From assembly GCA_030141605.1 (NCBI GenBank), contig JAQGDQ010000021.1, positions 558,001 to 622,000 on the forward strand: a DNA stretch of 64,000 nucleotides. The letters are read 5' to 3'. A program made the translations under genes and the position numbers. This DNA comes from Tubiluchus corallicola (taxonomy: Eukaryota; Animalia; Priapulida). Below, piece by piece: positions 25,801 to 38,200 of this stretch (position 1 is the first letter of the stretch; each line of letters opens with the position of its first letter). The notes under the pieces are model-generated. The model was not told the DNA's origin, searched no databases, and saw nothing but the letters and a program-made list of their open reading frames with translations.

Positions 25801-28800
25801 TGGATGAATTGTTTTGCATTGATGAAGTGGACTCATTCATTACAATAAATGAGGGTAAAAAAATCACACTGAAACAGAATGACCAGAATGACATGTAACA
25901 GCATTTCTTCAAGATTTAAAATTAGCTAAGCAGTCAGATGTTGCAGCAGATAATGATGCAATTGTAAAGTGACTGATACTCATTTTCACTTACATTTATA
26001 AAGGCAAAAAATTATGACAGCGTCATTCCAGGGGTAGATAAATAGAACCTGATACAAAAAGTTAGTTCTGTCTGTTATGCCACATGCATTGCCAAACTAG
26101 TAATTATGCTAGTCCTAGTACTGACATTTAAAACTGATACTATGAGCATTATACAGTATACTGTACCTTATAGCCACTTGGTGCAGTAACTCTTTTATCC
26201 ACCCACTGAATTGCATCAGCAACAGAGTTATCTTGGACGAAAAATACAGCAACCTTGTTCTCAAAATGAAACTGCAAAATATTATTCAACCAAAAAATAG
26301 CATAGTTACGAAAAGTGTAATATGCATAACAGAAAAATATAATAATAAACTGGTTTTAATTATGGAAGAAGCTGTGATAATGTTAATCATAACATTACCT
26401 TATCTTGATCAATTGAATGCCAAATATTGCATACATTTTTCAAGTTGGAGTACAGTTGTAGATCTACAAATCGATCTGCCTTAAACAAATTACACAAACG
26501 ATGCGATTAAAGCAATTCAAAACTCACATGTGTAGGTATAAATGGTGTTTGACAGTGCTCTCTGATGGAGCGCAGTATAAAATCTTTTCCCATATCTCTG
26601 CCGTATGGTACCTGTACAGAAATGAACGTTATGTATTTTTCCAAACACTGAAAACAGGAAATATAGTGTCCAACTATTATAAGAGCCAAATACGTTTCAG
26701 GAAGAAATTCCTTTACAATCTACATAGAAGAAAAATTCAAGGCTAATGCTTACTAAGAAAAAAGCTGTAAACAACAGCATGCTCGACCTCAAAATTGTTG
26801 TTAGCTAAGTACAAGAAAAAAACAATGTTAAAAAAGTTGGTTTGTTTTTAATTTAATTTGTTTAATACTATTTTTTTTTGTTTAGTCCTACACAAAGGAA
26901 TCAAAATCTCAAAGTGCATAACACAGCAGATTATCAGCTACCAATTGTGTGTCAAGATCTCATTACTCAGTAAGTAACCAATTAGTAATATTTTTCTTAC
27001 GAATTAATAGAAGTGTGCAATGAAAATTTGAAATGTACATAGACAAAAGACTTTTCAAGCAAAACATAAAAAAGCCTTCAGCATTAGATCCTGCTACAAA
27101 ATTCAAAGTATATAACTGGTCTTTACAGCACAACAAATTATCATAAAAACAAAACTATGCAAAGTCAGAAATCACACATATACCTTTATTTTAAACCAGT
27201 TTGAACGCTCTTGTGTGGTGTAACTTCTTGGAGTAATACTGGCCTGAACAGGTAAACCAAGACGTTCCAATGCTGATCTCTGATCTGTAAATATATTAAC
27301 ATCCTTAGTCTGACTAAACTAAAAAAAATCCAAGTTTTGTGAGCATTTAAATGCCAATAGCTTACTCTCTTGATTGAACATCGTCTAAACTGCACCAGCT
27401 TAACGTATTTATGAAGATCTTATTGTTATTTGACATAGTTCACTCAAAATTTGATAGTTTGATTAAGGAGGCATATATTTATATTATATATTTTTTAAGA
27501 CAACTGGGAAATGTATGTTTATTCTGAATTGTCACTTAATATTATTAGAACTCTCTAAGAATTGATCTGATTTTGAAAAGGGTAGGTGTACCTACCAAAA
27601 CATTAACCTTTGTATTTCATTAATTAATGTTTAACTAAAAAATATCGAATTTTTATTGAATTTTGCAGCTTGACCTTTCATCGCACTAAAGCATAAAGGT
27701 AAGGCAATGACTTCACAAGTTATAAAAATGACTAACAATTTTGACACTATTATGCTAATTAAACTATTTCTAATACAGTTAATATTTCTAATAATAGTAC
27801 AATACAACATTTTGCTAAACGTCTAATACTCTGCTGGGGACAATATGAAATGTTTCCAAACTAATTTCTAGTTGTAACTACAGGTGTTTCTTCTTTGTTT
27901 AGCAAATTAGGTCAGTAAAATGACCGCCATATGCAGCTACGAAGGTTATCATTCAGGAGTGTATTTCTTTATCTGGCAAGTGCAAAAGTTTATTACGTGG
28001 CAATAAACTGTGTGTCAGGATCGGGCAGACTGCCTGGGAAGAAGAAATATGGTGTGCAATAGGAGATTTACAATTTTACCAATTTCTAAATTTAGCAGAA
28101 GAAATACAATAAACTGAAAAAAATGGGTTGGCAAAGATGCACTGTTGTCACTAAACTATGCATCATTTAAGCGAGGATCCCATTTCAAAAGCTAGTCTTA
28201 CCCGTATTGGCATTAAAAGTAGGCCGCAGGTATGACTGGGAATTGCCAAATTGTTTCTTGAATCCCCGTTTTTTGTCCCTTCCTCTGCCACCATATGGGT
28301 TGCTGCAAAGTTTAATGAATAAAAAATTTGAAATTATCCATGCAAAAAAAATTATTGTAGAAACCAAAGCACAGTAAAAAAGAAATTAATAAATAACTTT
28401 ACAAAAATACCCAAAATACACTAATCATGTTTGTATCATAAAAAGTGTAACAATTACCAAAAAGTCTATTCTTACAGTATGTTCTGCACAGTTAAATAGT
28501 TAGTGGCCTACACAAAAGTTTTGCTACAATTGATAAACAAAATTTGACAAAAAGTGCAAAAATACAGGAGACACAGAAAATGTGCAAAAAATAGACAATG
28601 AAAAAACCACTTCTCAGATTTTTAATAGATGAGCCCTTCATATAATCCACGAAAAGCAAATAGCAAAAATGGGGCTCTTCGTCTGTAAGAGAAGGCAAAC
28701 AGACTGGCTAGAAATATTTTGAACAAAAATAAAAACAAAAAGCAGGTCCACAAATCAAAAAAGCACATACGGGAAATTGCCGGTTTGCTATTTGTAACTG

Positions 28801-30640
28801 TGCTAAGCACAAACGGGTTAATGTAGTTGATCATACAACCACCATATGTACACGCTCCTGTGAATTAATACAAATGCTGAGGTTAATTTAAATTATTCTG
28901 ATATAATGATTATAATGATATAATGCTCCAATCTTTCAATTCTTGTAAAGCACTGAAATCAGGACAATGACCTACTTGAATATGCAATAACCAAAGCACT
29001 GAGTAGCACACTGATAAGAGAAAATATAAATTCAAAGAAACTTTAATCTTACTATCTGGGTTGCGCCCGATTTGATTCACTTGACATTTCTACATCTCCA
29101 TCCTCATCAACTGCTCCAAGTCTACTTCGTGGAGTAGGGCCCAAACCCCGGCCTCGTCCACGACCTCGCCCACCTGAAAACACAGCAAAAAATAACATAA
29201 ACAAGCCACCATAGACATCCAAGTTGGACTATCATATAACAAATCTTGCAAAATCCTGTAAATAATGCAGTAAACACAAAAACCAAAAATGCTGTTACAT
29301 CTGTATGTGATAGCAATTTGGCTTCGCATTTGCTAGAGAAGGTCGCCACCTGTTTTCGTTACTCAAGTGAATTGTCAGCACCACAAACGTTTACAGCTTT
29401 TGTTTATTAGCTGCACTGTCGAAAATTACTAAAAGAACATTAACACTCTTGTCTGAGGTTCTTGCACAAATTAGGGTGCTGCCTTCCTGAATCAATGAAA
29501 TGTGTACCAAATACATATATATATGTATCTCGAGTCATTTTCACTTGTCAATTTGAATCCCATTATACCAGTGTGGGCTACAAGACACTGAAAGAAAGAG
29601 GAAATATATATGTATATAAATATGTATTTACTGCAAAAGCATTAATTGTATTGTATTATTGTATTATTGCAAGTGCACAGTCTTCACATATGTCACAGAA
29701 TCTGCTGCAGCATTCTATAAAACCACTCGGTTTGAAATCTTCTGCATTAGACGATAATAATAAACAATCCTCAAATTCCATCTTTAAAATCACATACTAC
29801 ATGGGACACTGATGCTTATATGACAGCCGCGGGTACCACCTCTTTGTTCCAATACTGGCCAAGCTCAACTTGATGGTTTAGGCCTCACCTTGTACACCCA
29901 ATGTGTGCTACACTGCCATGTACCACGAGGTGCTACACTGAGAAACAGTACACGATACTACGGTACACAGCGAGGTAGTGAGGTGATACACGGGGGAGGT
30001 CGGGCAAGGGGAACATCCCGTGTAGTATGCCAACTACAACCATATTTAGCGGCTAATTCTTTGGTGCAGTAAATTGAATTCAATGAGGTTTGAATACTTC
30101 TTTATGTTAAATTTCCTCGTTTCAAATTTCATCTCCCAGTTCATTTCAAAAATCTTCAACCATTTCAACTTATCACAAACTGACACTTCTGACCCTTCCG
30201 CCCTAAGACCAGTGACCGTGCTTCCTCCAACATATCATGACAACTGCCGCTAGGCGGCACTTCCACTAGAAAGAAAACTTTTTGAGAGAAAACAAAAATA
30301 TAAAACGCAAAAGACAAGGCGTGAGATAAAACTATTAACAGAGGTTTAAAGAGAGAGATAACTATGGCATGGGCAAAAAGCCTACACATTATACTATACT
30401 AGTACTAATTTTACTTATAGCTTCGCTCTTGTCCATCCACTGTAATCTCAATGAGTCCCAATATACAGCAAAAGAGCTACCAAGATTCATAGTTTGAAAA
30501 ATTTTCACCTCGTTGAGCTTATCCTTATAGTGCTTAATACAATTTGAAAAAATTACCATACCTCTGTAACTTGGACGGTAACCTCTGCTTGATTCATTAA
30601 ATGAACGACCACCGCTTCTTGCTGCAGTGACTGAAAACAT
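19862..30640 (-). CDS. NXF1: Nuclear RNA export factor 1 (TAP/Mex67 family), 17 exons, 658 aa
   Basis: Exons (5' to 3'): 30640-30562, 29173-29053, 28302-28202, 27284-27184, 26611-26528, 26271-26167, 25605-25464, 25073-24874, 24524-24415, 23554-23518, 23204-23136, 22983-22832, 22029-21852, 21551-21439, 20814-20757, 20420-20194, 19961-19862; 1977 nt, one open frame. RG-rich N-terminus, [21 protein letters not shown] (NWFKIKVPYGR), LRR ([17 protein letters not shown]), [12 protein letters not shown] linker, NTF2-like domain ([35 protein letters not shown]), TAP-C UBA ([14 protein letters not shown]...GSIPPEAF). Confidence 0.97.
25149..25260 (+). mobile_element. Tc2/pogo-like terminal fragment in NXF1 intron 7
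   Basis: TA-CCGTATATACGTGTGTACAAGTCGACC terminus with CAAGTCGA repeated three times. I found no matching opposite end. Confidence 0.35.
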
Positions 30641-31090
30641 CGCAACTTACACGCGTAATAAATACGTCATTCAGTAATAGTGGAAATAAACTAAACCAAA
30701 GAAAGTAAAAAATCAAGAGTCACACGACATCATCCTTGACTCCTTGTTGAGCAACCACAAAAAAATTATAATAGCAGAAATCTTATAGTAGAAAAAGTTG
30801 TTAAAGAAAAACCTGTTTGCGGCAACGCCTGCCTCGTTCCTCGGCAGTCATAGATTTACTTAAATGCTAGTATTAAAAATTTGTGACCCAAATAAATTTT
30901 CTGCCTTGTTTTTTAAACGTGTGTGTACAATGTATGCTAAGCACTCGCACGAAATATATACATTCACAGGAATGCCTCCTCGCCCACCATAACGCTCACT
31001 TGGCTCACAACCTAAGCTAGGCAAAATACGGGGGAGGGTGAACTCAAGAATCCAAACCACCCGGAGATCTGTTACGTAGCTATGCAAATA

Positions 31091-31277
31091 CAGTCAATCC
31101 TCGTTACAATGCCGTGGTTCATAACATCTGCCGTGCTTAACACCCAAATTTGTAGCAAAAGAAAATATGTACATGTGCACAGACATATACATATTAATGC
31201 ACCTCGTTACAATGCCAATTTGCTATAGCGCTAACTTTTTTGCTGTCCAAAGTAGGTGCTATAAAGAGGTTTGACTG
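31091..31277. mobile_element. Tc1/pogo (Tigger-like) MITE upstream of NXF1
   Basis: TA-flanked imperfect TIRs CAGTCAATCCTCGTTACA / TATAAAGAGGTTTGACTG. Confidence 0.7.
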
Positions 31278-31399
31278 TATAAACATTTTGTTTTGCAAAA
31301 AATCTGAGCATTAAGCGAGGTTGGCAGTACAGACAGGGGTTATAACGGCTTTGACTGTAAATCTTTTTCCTTAACTAGCGACCTTATTTCCTCGACACT

Positions 31400-32490
31400 T
31401 GTACGGACTCGCTTACTCTAGTGTCCTATCCGTAATATTTTGCTATGTTTTCTCAGTATACGTCGGCCATCTCTGTTTTTGTAGATTGAGAAGCCAGGGT
31501 AGTCACAGTGAGCTCTTTGCACTAGTGCACTAGTGGATAGTCAAATTCCCTGTGCAGTAAGAAAGAGCCCTTTTTGCTGAATTTCTTTACTTCTATATGC
31601 CTTCCAGCATTTTTGTGTAAATAGACTTTACAATTCTACTTTAGCATTGGCCAAGAAAGTCCCTCTGTGTACATTGCCAAGAAGAACGCACGTGCGCATC
31701 TGTTTCCATTGCTCTTCCAGACTTGTTTTTTCAGTCATTTTTCAAATGCCTCAGAATTTTTTATTTTTTAAAAAACTCACATTTGCCAGGACTAGGACTC
31801 TTTCAGCATGTTGTGCACGATACGAAGCTGTATGCAGTGGCTTTCGACCACCTAATGACAAAAGGTGGTCCGAAATTTCTACTTTTACTGGCAAACAAAG
31901 CTGTTACCAGTAGGATGGCCTTTTTTCGGACAGCATTTTTCCATGTGCACACGATACATGTGCTTATCCAAATCTTGTGCCAGTGCATAGCATTTGTCAC
32001 ATTCTTTCTTAGTTTTTTTTCAATGCTGGGACTTGCTTCTTTTACATAGTTTTTATCTTGTGTTTGGGCATTTTGTGGGTGTGAGTTAAGTTTGTTAATG
32101 AATTTGACCTGACTGATTCGCAAACTGGGCAAAAAACCCTTTGCTACGACTCTTTTTCTTTGCTGTGATTTTTTTTTCTTTGCCTTTTGGTTAGGGTTAG
32201 GTGCTTTTTCAATGGTTTCTGCAACAACTTCAGTGCCTTCTTCTTCTGGAAGTTCAGACATCCACCACCACATGTAAGTTTATATGTTTGACAATATGGA
32301 GCATACCCCAAAGTAAAATATGCAACAGTATGCAAAAATGGAAAATAAGCAATTGTTAACATGATGACATTTGTGTTGGACCAGACTAGGTCCACCCCTT
32401 GGGTAAAATTTCTTCTTGCGCATTACAAGCAACCACCTATGTAAGTAAGTATCTTTATTTATCACCTTTTTTATAAGAAAAACACAGAGC
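31400..32490 (-). pseudogene. Decayed ORF with two CxxC-x9-H-x4-H zinc-finger-like motifs, probably transposon-derived
   Basis: Minus-strand frames give QRVFCPVCESVRSNSLTNLTHTHKM (first His lost) and KKECDKCYALAQDLDKHMYRVHM, interrupted by stops and frameshifts, next to a Lys/Glu-rich ORF (31803-32273). Boundaries approximate. Confidence 0.35.
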
Positions 32491-35204
32491 ATGAAGTGAG
32501 AATATGATACAAAGTGACAAGATTATTAAATGAGTAAATTATCTGAGTTAATGATGTTCAAGTGATTGGTGTAAGGGTGGCGAAAAACTAAAAGTTACCA
32601 AAGTCAACCACCCTGATGTACATTATACTATGCAATTTCGTTCAATGATAACTGTTTTGTTCGATTGAAGAGGCCTAACTTAGTTTGTTATTGTATAGGG
32701 AAACTACCTGCGTAGTTTATTTTTTATTGCTGTTGTTTTTTATAATGTACTAGGCACCCATGAACTACATCTGCCCAACAAGTAACCTAAATGTCAGTGT
32801 TATGCAGGTCATTTTGAAAGTGCGTTGGCTTAATACTTTATTACAGGGATGTTCTGCTTTCTCATTCAGCCTGTATAGTGTTATAGTTACCTGTCTAAAG
32901 TATCAAACTCCCTAGAAATGTAGTGAACTGTTCCAGTAACAGGAAAATGTGATTTTGATATTGAGAAGTGTGTGGGGGATAAACTGGAAAATGATGGCAG
33001 TTAAAATGTTGGGTTTATAATTTTGAAGACAAACCTAAGATTTATGTGTTGAAATTGGCTGAACTGATGTTTTATTGTGAAAAGTCCTGGACAGTTGTCA
33101 ATGGTGTAATACTATCCTAATGGACAATGTCTTGTGCTGCAATTGAGTGGGAAAAAACAACTTTGAGCCTTCTACACAGTATAAGCAATCCAGCACTTGT
33201 TGTTACAGTGTGGACGGACTGGCACCTAGTACTGTCAAGCATGCTATGCGATGTTTCGGAGATGGTATCCCTTCCATGGAGAGATGGTGGGTGTATCTCA
33301 GTGATTGCCAGTGGACTGACGTAGTGAGCGCTCACTCCAGAGATAAGTAACAGTTTACTTTTGAGCTCAATAGTGATTACTCAAATTGGTGATATCTTGT
33401 GCACAAACTCTTATGGACAGTGAAAACTGCAGTTACTATCAGGTTACTGTTTGATACCAAAAACTTCTACTGTAATTCTTGAAATGTCCATCTATAATTA
33501 TTGTCATGTATTTTTTTTTCTTTTTTTCTTGCTTACTCAGATTGTGTGTCAGTAGAATAAAGCATTGAAGTGTTAATTGATCTTTCAGTAAGCTTTGTAT
33601 TCAGAAACAGGTACACATAAACCACAAGGAAATCTCCGCATTTTAAAAGCCTTAGTATCAGTCTCGCAACGTTACCAAAGTTAAGTGCGCCTTCTTACTC
33701 GTATTGCATAAGTTACTAATTACTATCTCCCACGAGGAACGCCATCATTACAACATTAACCTAGGCTAATGTATTTATTGTTGTCCAGTAAAATGGTAAA
33801 TAAAGATTATTCTATCTATCTATTTAATCTCTGAAAACAATGCGATTAAAACAGAATGTGAAACTTTTTGAAATTAAATAGTTATATCACTGTGCAAAGC
33901 ATTTGCAGTTTTGTGAAACCTCTTTTTGTCAAAAATGGATATTCTTTGGTTCCAATCACCACATAATGACTATTTTGCTGTGACAGAACAAAACCACATT
34001 GGCATTTTTACACATATAACAGTTTTCATTTTAATATGACACCAGTTTTTAAATTGCAGCATTTATATACTTCCGGTAACATAAGCCAGCATCTGTAAAA
34101 GATCAAATTGTTGTGTGGTAAAAAAGAGCATTTTAAATCCTTTCAAAGAACTTTAAGCTCTTTTGTGGGAATAGTCGAGTTAATTCTCTATCCAATGCAG
34201 CTCGTCACAGCAACCAATCATAAAGGGTTGCTACTTTTTTTATAGTGGTTGGCCCTCGACTTAATATATTAGACATGTTGATCCTGTACTTAATGTATAC
34301 GGCCTTGTGGCAATAATCCAATCAAATGTCTGACCAACGAGGGCTTGCATAACAGCCATCCTAAAAGGTTGTGGCACTACTGTGCTTTTGTTGTACCTAG
34401 ATTCGCCACGAAATCAAACGTGATTAAACTGGCGGTGCTCATATCTCAAGGTCGCGACCCACTGTGAACCGCTGATTACAGGCTTGTTTAATGCCAGACA
34501 TTTGCATTGAAGTTTTGGTGACAGCTGTTGATTGTATTTAAAAGTTATCTACAAAAAATTTTATTCCTCTAACAAATCATATCATAGGGAGTTTTGCATA
34601 CACAAAAAATCATAAAATCACCAAAATCAGTGGAGTGTTGAGTGGAGCTGTCTGTCAGTCGGGAGTATTTTTCCTGATTATTATCAATATTATGGATTGC
34701 TGAATACTTTTGTACCATGTTTTTGCTCAAATGAGTAACTACAACTAAAATGTTTCCTGTAATATTCTGGTCACAGTATGCCTAACAAGCACATTAACAC
34801 GAACCAGTGGCAAGTCTCCATCAACCTGTTTGTTATTCAGAGCACCTTATACAGCTCTAAAGGATTAATGCATACGAATGCTGAAGAATTTCCTTTTTTA
34901 TATACAATTAAAAATTAAAATAAAATTTATAAAACTTAAAAATTTATTAGTACAGTTGCTAGACTTAAAAATATATGAACATTTGAATAAATACAAATTG
35001 AAAATTACTCACAAATGAATAAATAAATAAATTTAAAAAATATAATCAATGTAACTCATTGTACATACTAACTCATAAAACAAAACTGCCATACAACTAT
35101 AGGTAATAAGTAAATCATTATACATACATATATATATATATATATTTAAAATTTAACATTTAAAATAATTAACTTACACGGAATGGGTACTTGCCAAAAA
35201 TAAG

Positions 35205-38200
35205 TTAGTCAGATATTACGCTGCTTTCCTTGGCAATTTTGTTAAGAAAAGTTGTGATGTCGTCTTTCTCCAAATCTAGCGTGAGGAATTCAGATACCAA
35301 ACTATTGCATCTAAATCGCAGAGGAAATTTAACACAAGATATTACTTTTCCCAAATTTTAAATCACAGTAAATATACAGAAAGAACACAAAAAAGCCAGC
35401 ACTTCTTAAAAATATCATAGAGCCAAAATTTTTTGTCCTATTTGTACGTAAATTTGATACAGTAGAGTAGAAATATTTTCCAAATGTAAAAAAAAAATCG
35501 GAAGTAAAAGCAATGTACGAAGTTTTGCAATTTTATAGAAGTAACTTATTCACTAAGTGATGCAGCTGGTTCAGTGAGTTTGTTTATGCAACTCGCAGCA
35601 CAAATTTTTGCTAAGGAAGTCTAAAAATAGAAATATTTTTTAAGATGATATTGTCATTAAACCTATAAAAATGAAAAAAAAACTAGTTAGTAATACATCT
35701 GTAAAATCTTTAAGGACATGTTCATTTTATCAGATTTATCTACTCTTTTTATTTTATTTTTTTCAGATTTCTAAATTCCTTTCTTCTCTCACATGTCCTA
35801 GTGACATCAGTTTTGCTTAGCAATTAAATCAATGCTTGACCTTTATCATTTCTTATTGGGAAACTATCTTATTAGTCACTCTGTGCCAAATCGTTTATCA
35901 TGGCTGTATTGTTTAACAATTATTTCGTCTTGTTCTGTAAAGGGCATATGTTTATTTGCTAAATAAGAAATTCAGAATTAAAATAAAATCAACAAGAACA
36001 CAAATAAAACAAAATTAATGCATCCATAAAGATAACAAAGTCATATTAATATCTAGCTTTTTTTATTTTTATGGGCTTAACAATATTATTAATGTTCGTT
36101 TTTTGGAAATGCCTACAAAAAATTAGTTGGTAAGTGACAAACTGCTTCTCGTTTAACCTGTTGAATTTGTTAACAAAATAGATAAAAATTCTCAGCCCTA
36201 TGGCATTTTAAAAATGGTATAATTTTTTGTGTCCATCTGTTGTATACACACAGACACATGTGTTATCACAGTAAACTGAGCTCACAATTTTTTTAATATA
36301 TCAAAATTCAGAACAGCATTGAATGCACCCAAAAAAACAGGAGCTGGGACAGGCCACAAATGCATTTGTTCACTTTCCAATTTCCCTTCCAAATTCTGTT
36401 CAAGCTGATAGAACTTCTATCTGTTTAAAGTTAACAAGATAATTTTCCCTTTGGTTGGGCAACAAAAACCAACCACATCCACTCGAGTTGTGCAATGCTA
36501 TAACTTAATTTGCGTAACAACTCAGTGAACTAGACAAATTACTTAGTAAGTAACTGCAGTAAAATTGCAAAGTCTCTAAAATGCTTTTACTTCCAATTTT
36601 TTACATTTTGAAAATAAATTAAAGTTTGTGTTATTGTGTTGATGTTTCCAAAAATTCACTCAAATGTAAAGAAAGGATTTTTTAAATTTTCATAATTTCA
36701 CAATACTCAGTTTACCATACACAGACATAAAATCTATGTACACTTACATCTGTGATTGGGTTCTTGTAGTAAGAGATACTATTAGATCTCAGGCAAAGAA
36801 GCAAACAATGCGCTAGAGCGTGTTTCCGCGAAAAGTTTATCTTATTACTGCTGTAATGCACGGAAGAGGAAGTCAACAGACTGTACATAACAAGAAATTT
36901 TCAAATTGACTGTTATATTATGCAGCTGCCTATGGCAAAGTGTGTATTTTTGAAGTACAGTAGGTAAACGCTGTTGCACTGATATATGCAAGTTGTTTAA
37001 TTCATTAATTTTTCGCCATTTTTCTGTCAATTTTAGTCAGTCAGTTTTATCATTCTTCATTTAATTGCAGCCTTTTAAATTTATCCAGCAACTATGAGTT
37101 TTTTTTGTTTTTGTCCGTTATGCATCCACCTCCGTGTGCTTCTGTTTTTTAATTATACGAGGGTAAGGTGCAAGCAAACTTACTGCTCGATTGCCTACAC
37201 AATGATTCGGTGCACAATAGTGATTGAAGTTCACTTAACAGACTAAAATGTGCTCTAGCTGCTAGCTGTATGTGAAGAGTGGTTACATTGAAACAATTCA
37301 CTATAATTTTCAGAGTGAATTTGATTGAAAAAAGGTGAATCTAGAAAACTGGACTTAATCTCTATTATGTATTTAAAAAAATAGGCAAGCAACCAAAAAT
37401 ACTTTTAATTTTTCATTTTACTATTACTTTTGTCATCTATTACCGAAAAATGTGGTCTTATTAAATGGTCTTATTAAAATTATTATTGGTATTGTTAACT
37501 AAATATTCTCAATTATAACTTCAAATGAAGCATTTCCAGATCATGCCTACATCTTTCTAAAATGTGACTGGTTCCATCATCAGTAATTTTATTAAGTGGC
37601 ATCTACTGCATTACCAAAAAAGAACTTACTTATGAGCTTGACGTAAAGTGGAATGCAAGTGCAAAGTCAAGTGTGTGTCACCAACGCAAAAAAGAAATAA
37701 AGTATACAGATAATAACAGCTCATTAAAAATGTACCATAGACTTACTTTTCCAATTGCTCAGACATTTTCACTGAGTTAATCCGCTGTATAGGTTTGTTC
37801 TGATTTAACAGTTCTGTAATCTACAACAATACAAACTGTAAGAGTAAAATAGTAAAAAGTTAAAGGAAAACACGATATCCTACCCCATTATGAAGCATGG
37901 TGTACATTTTAACACGTGCCATAATAATGCTAAAGTGTTTCTGATGTAATAAGTTAGAAACATAATTAACAGCCAGGGAGCCCAGCTAGTAATAATGTCA
38001 AAAATGAACACAATTTTTAGGGGTACAAACTACATGTAGCACTGGAATGTGAAAGCAAAAATTGAAGTATGATACTACTGTACAATATTAATTATGATAT
38101 ACAACTCCGCAATTTTAAGTTTAATTAAAATTTCAAGTTTACTGATGTGCTAACGCATTAACTCTTGAACATGTATGCCACATTATAACTGAGAGGTATA

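Noticed and set aside
26399-26479. 81-nt open phase-0 segment in NXF1 intron 5
   Set aside because: Would leave only a 48-nt upstream intron and would interrupt the RRM.
30201-30220. CCCTAAGACCAGTGACCG resembling CTE loop motifs
   Set aside because: It is antisense to NXF1, so it would not be in the transcript.
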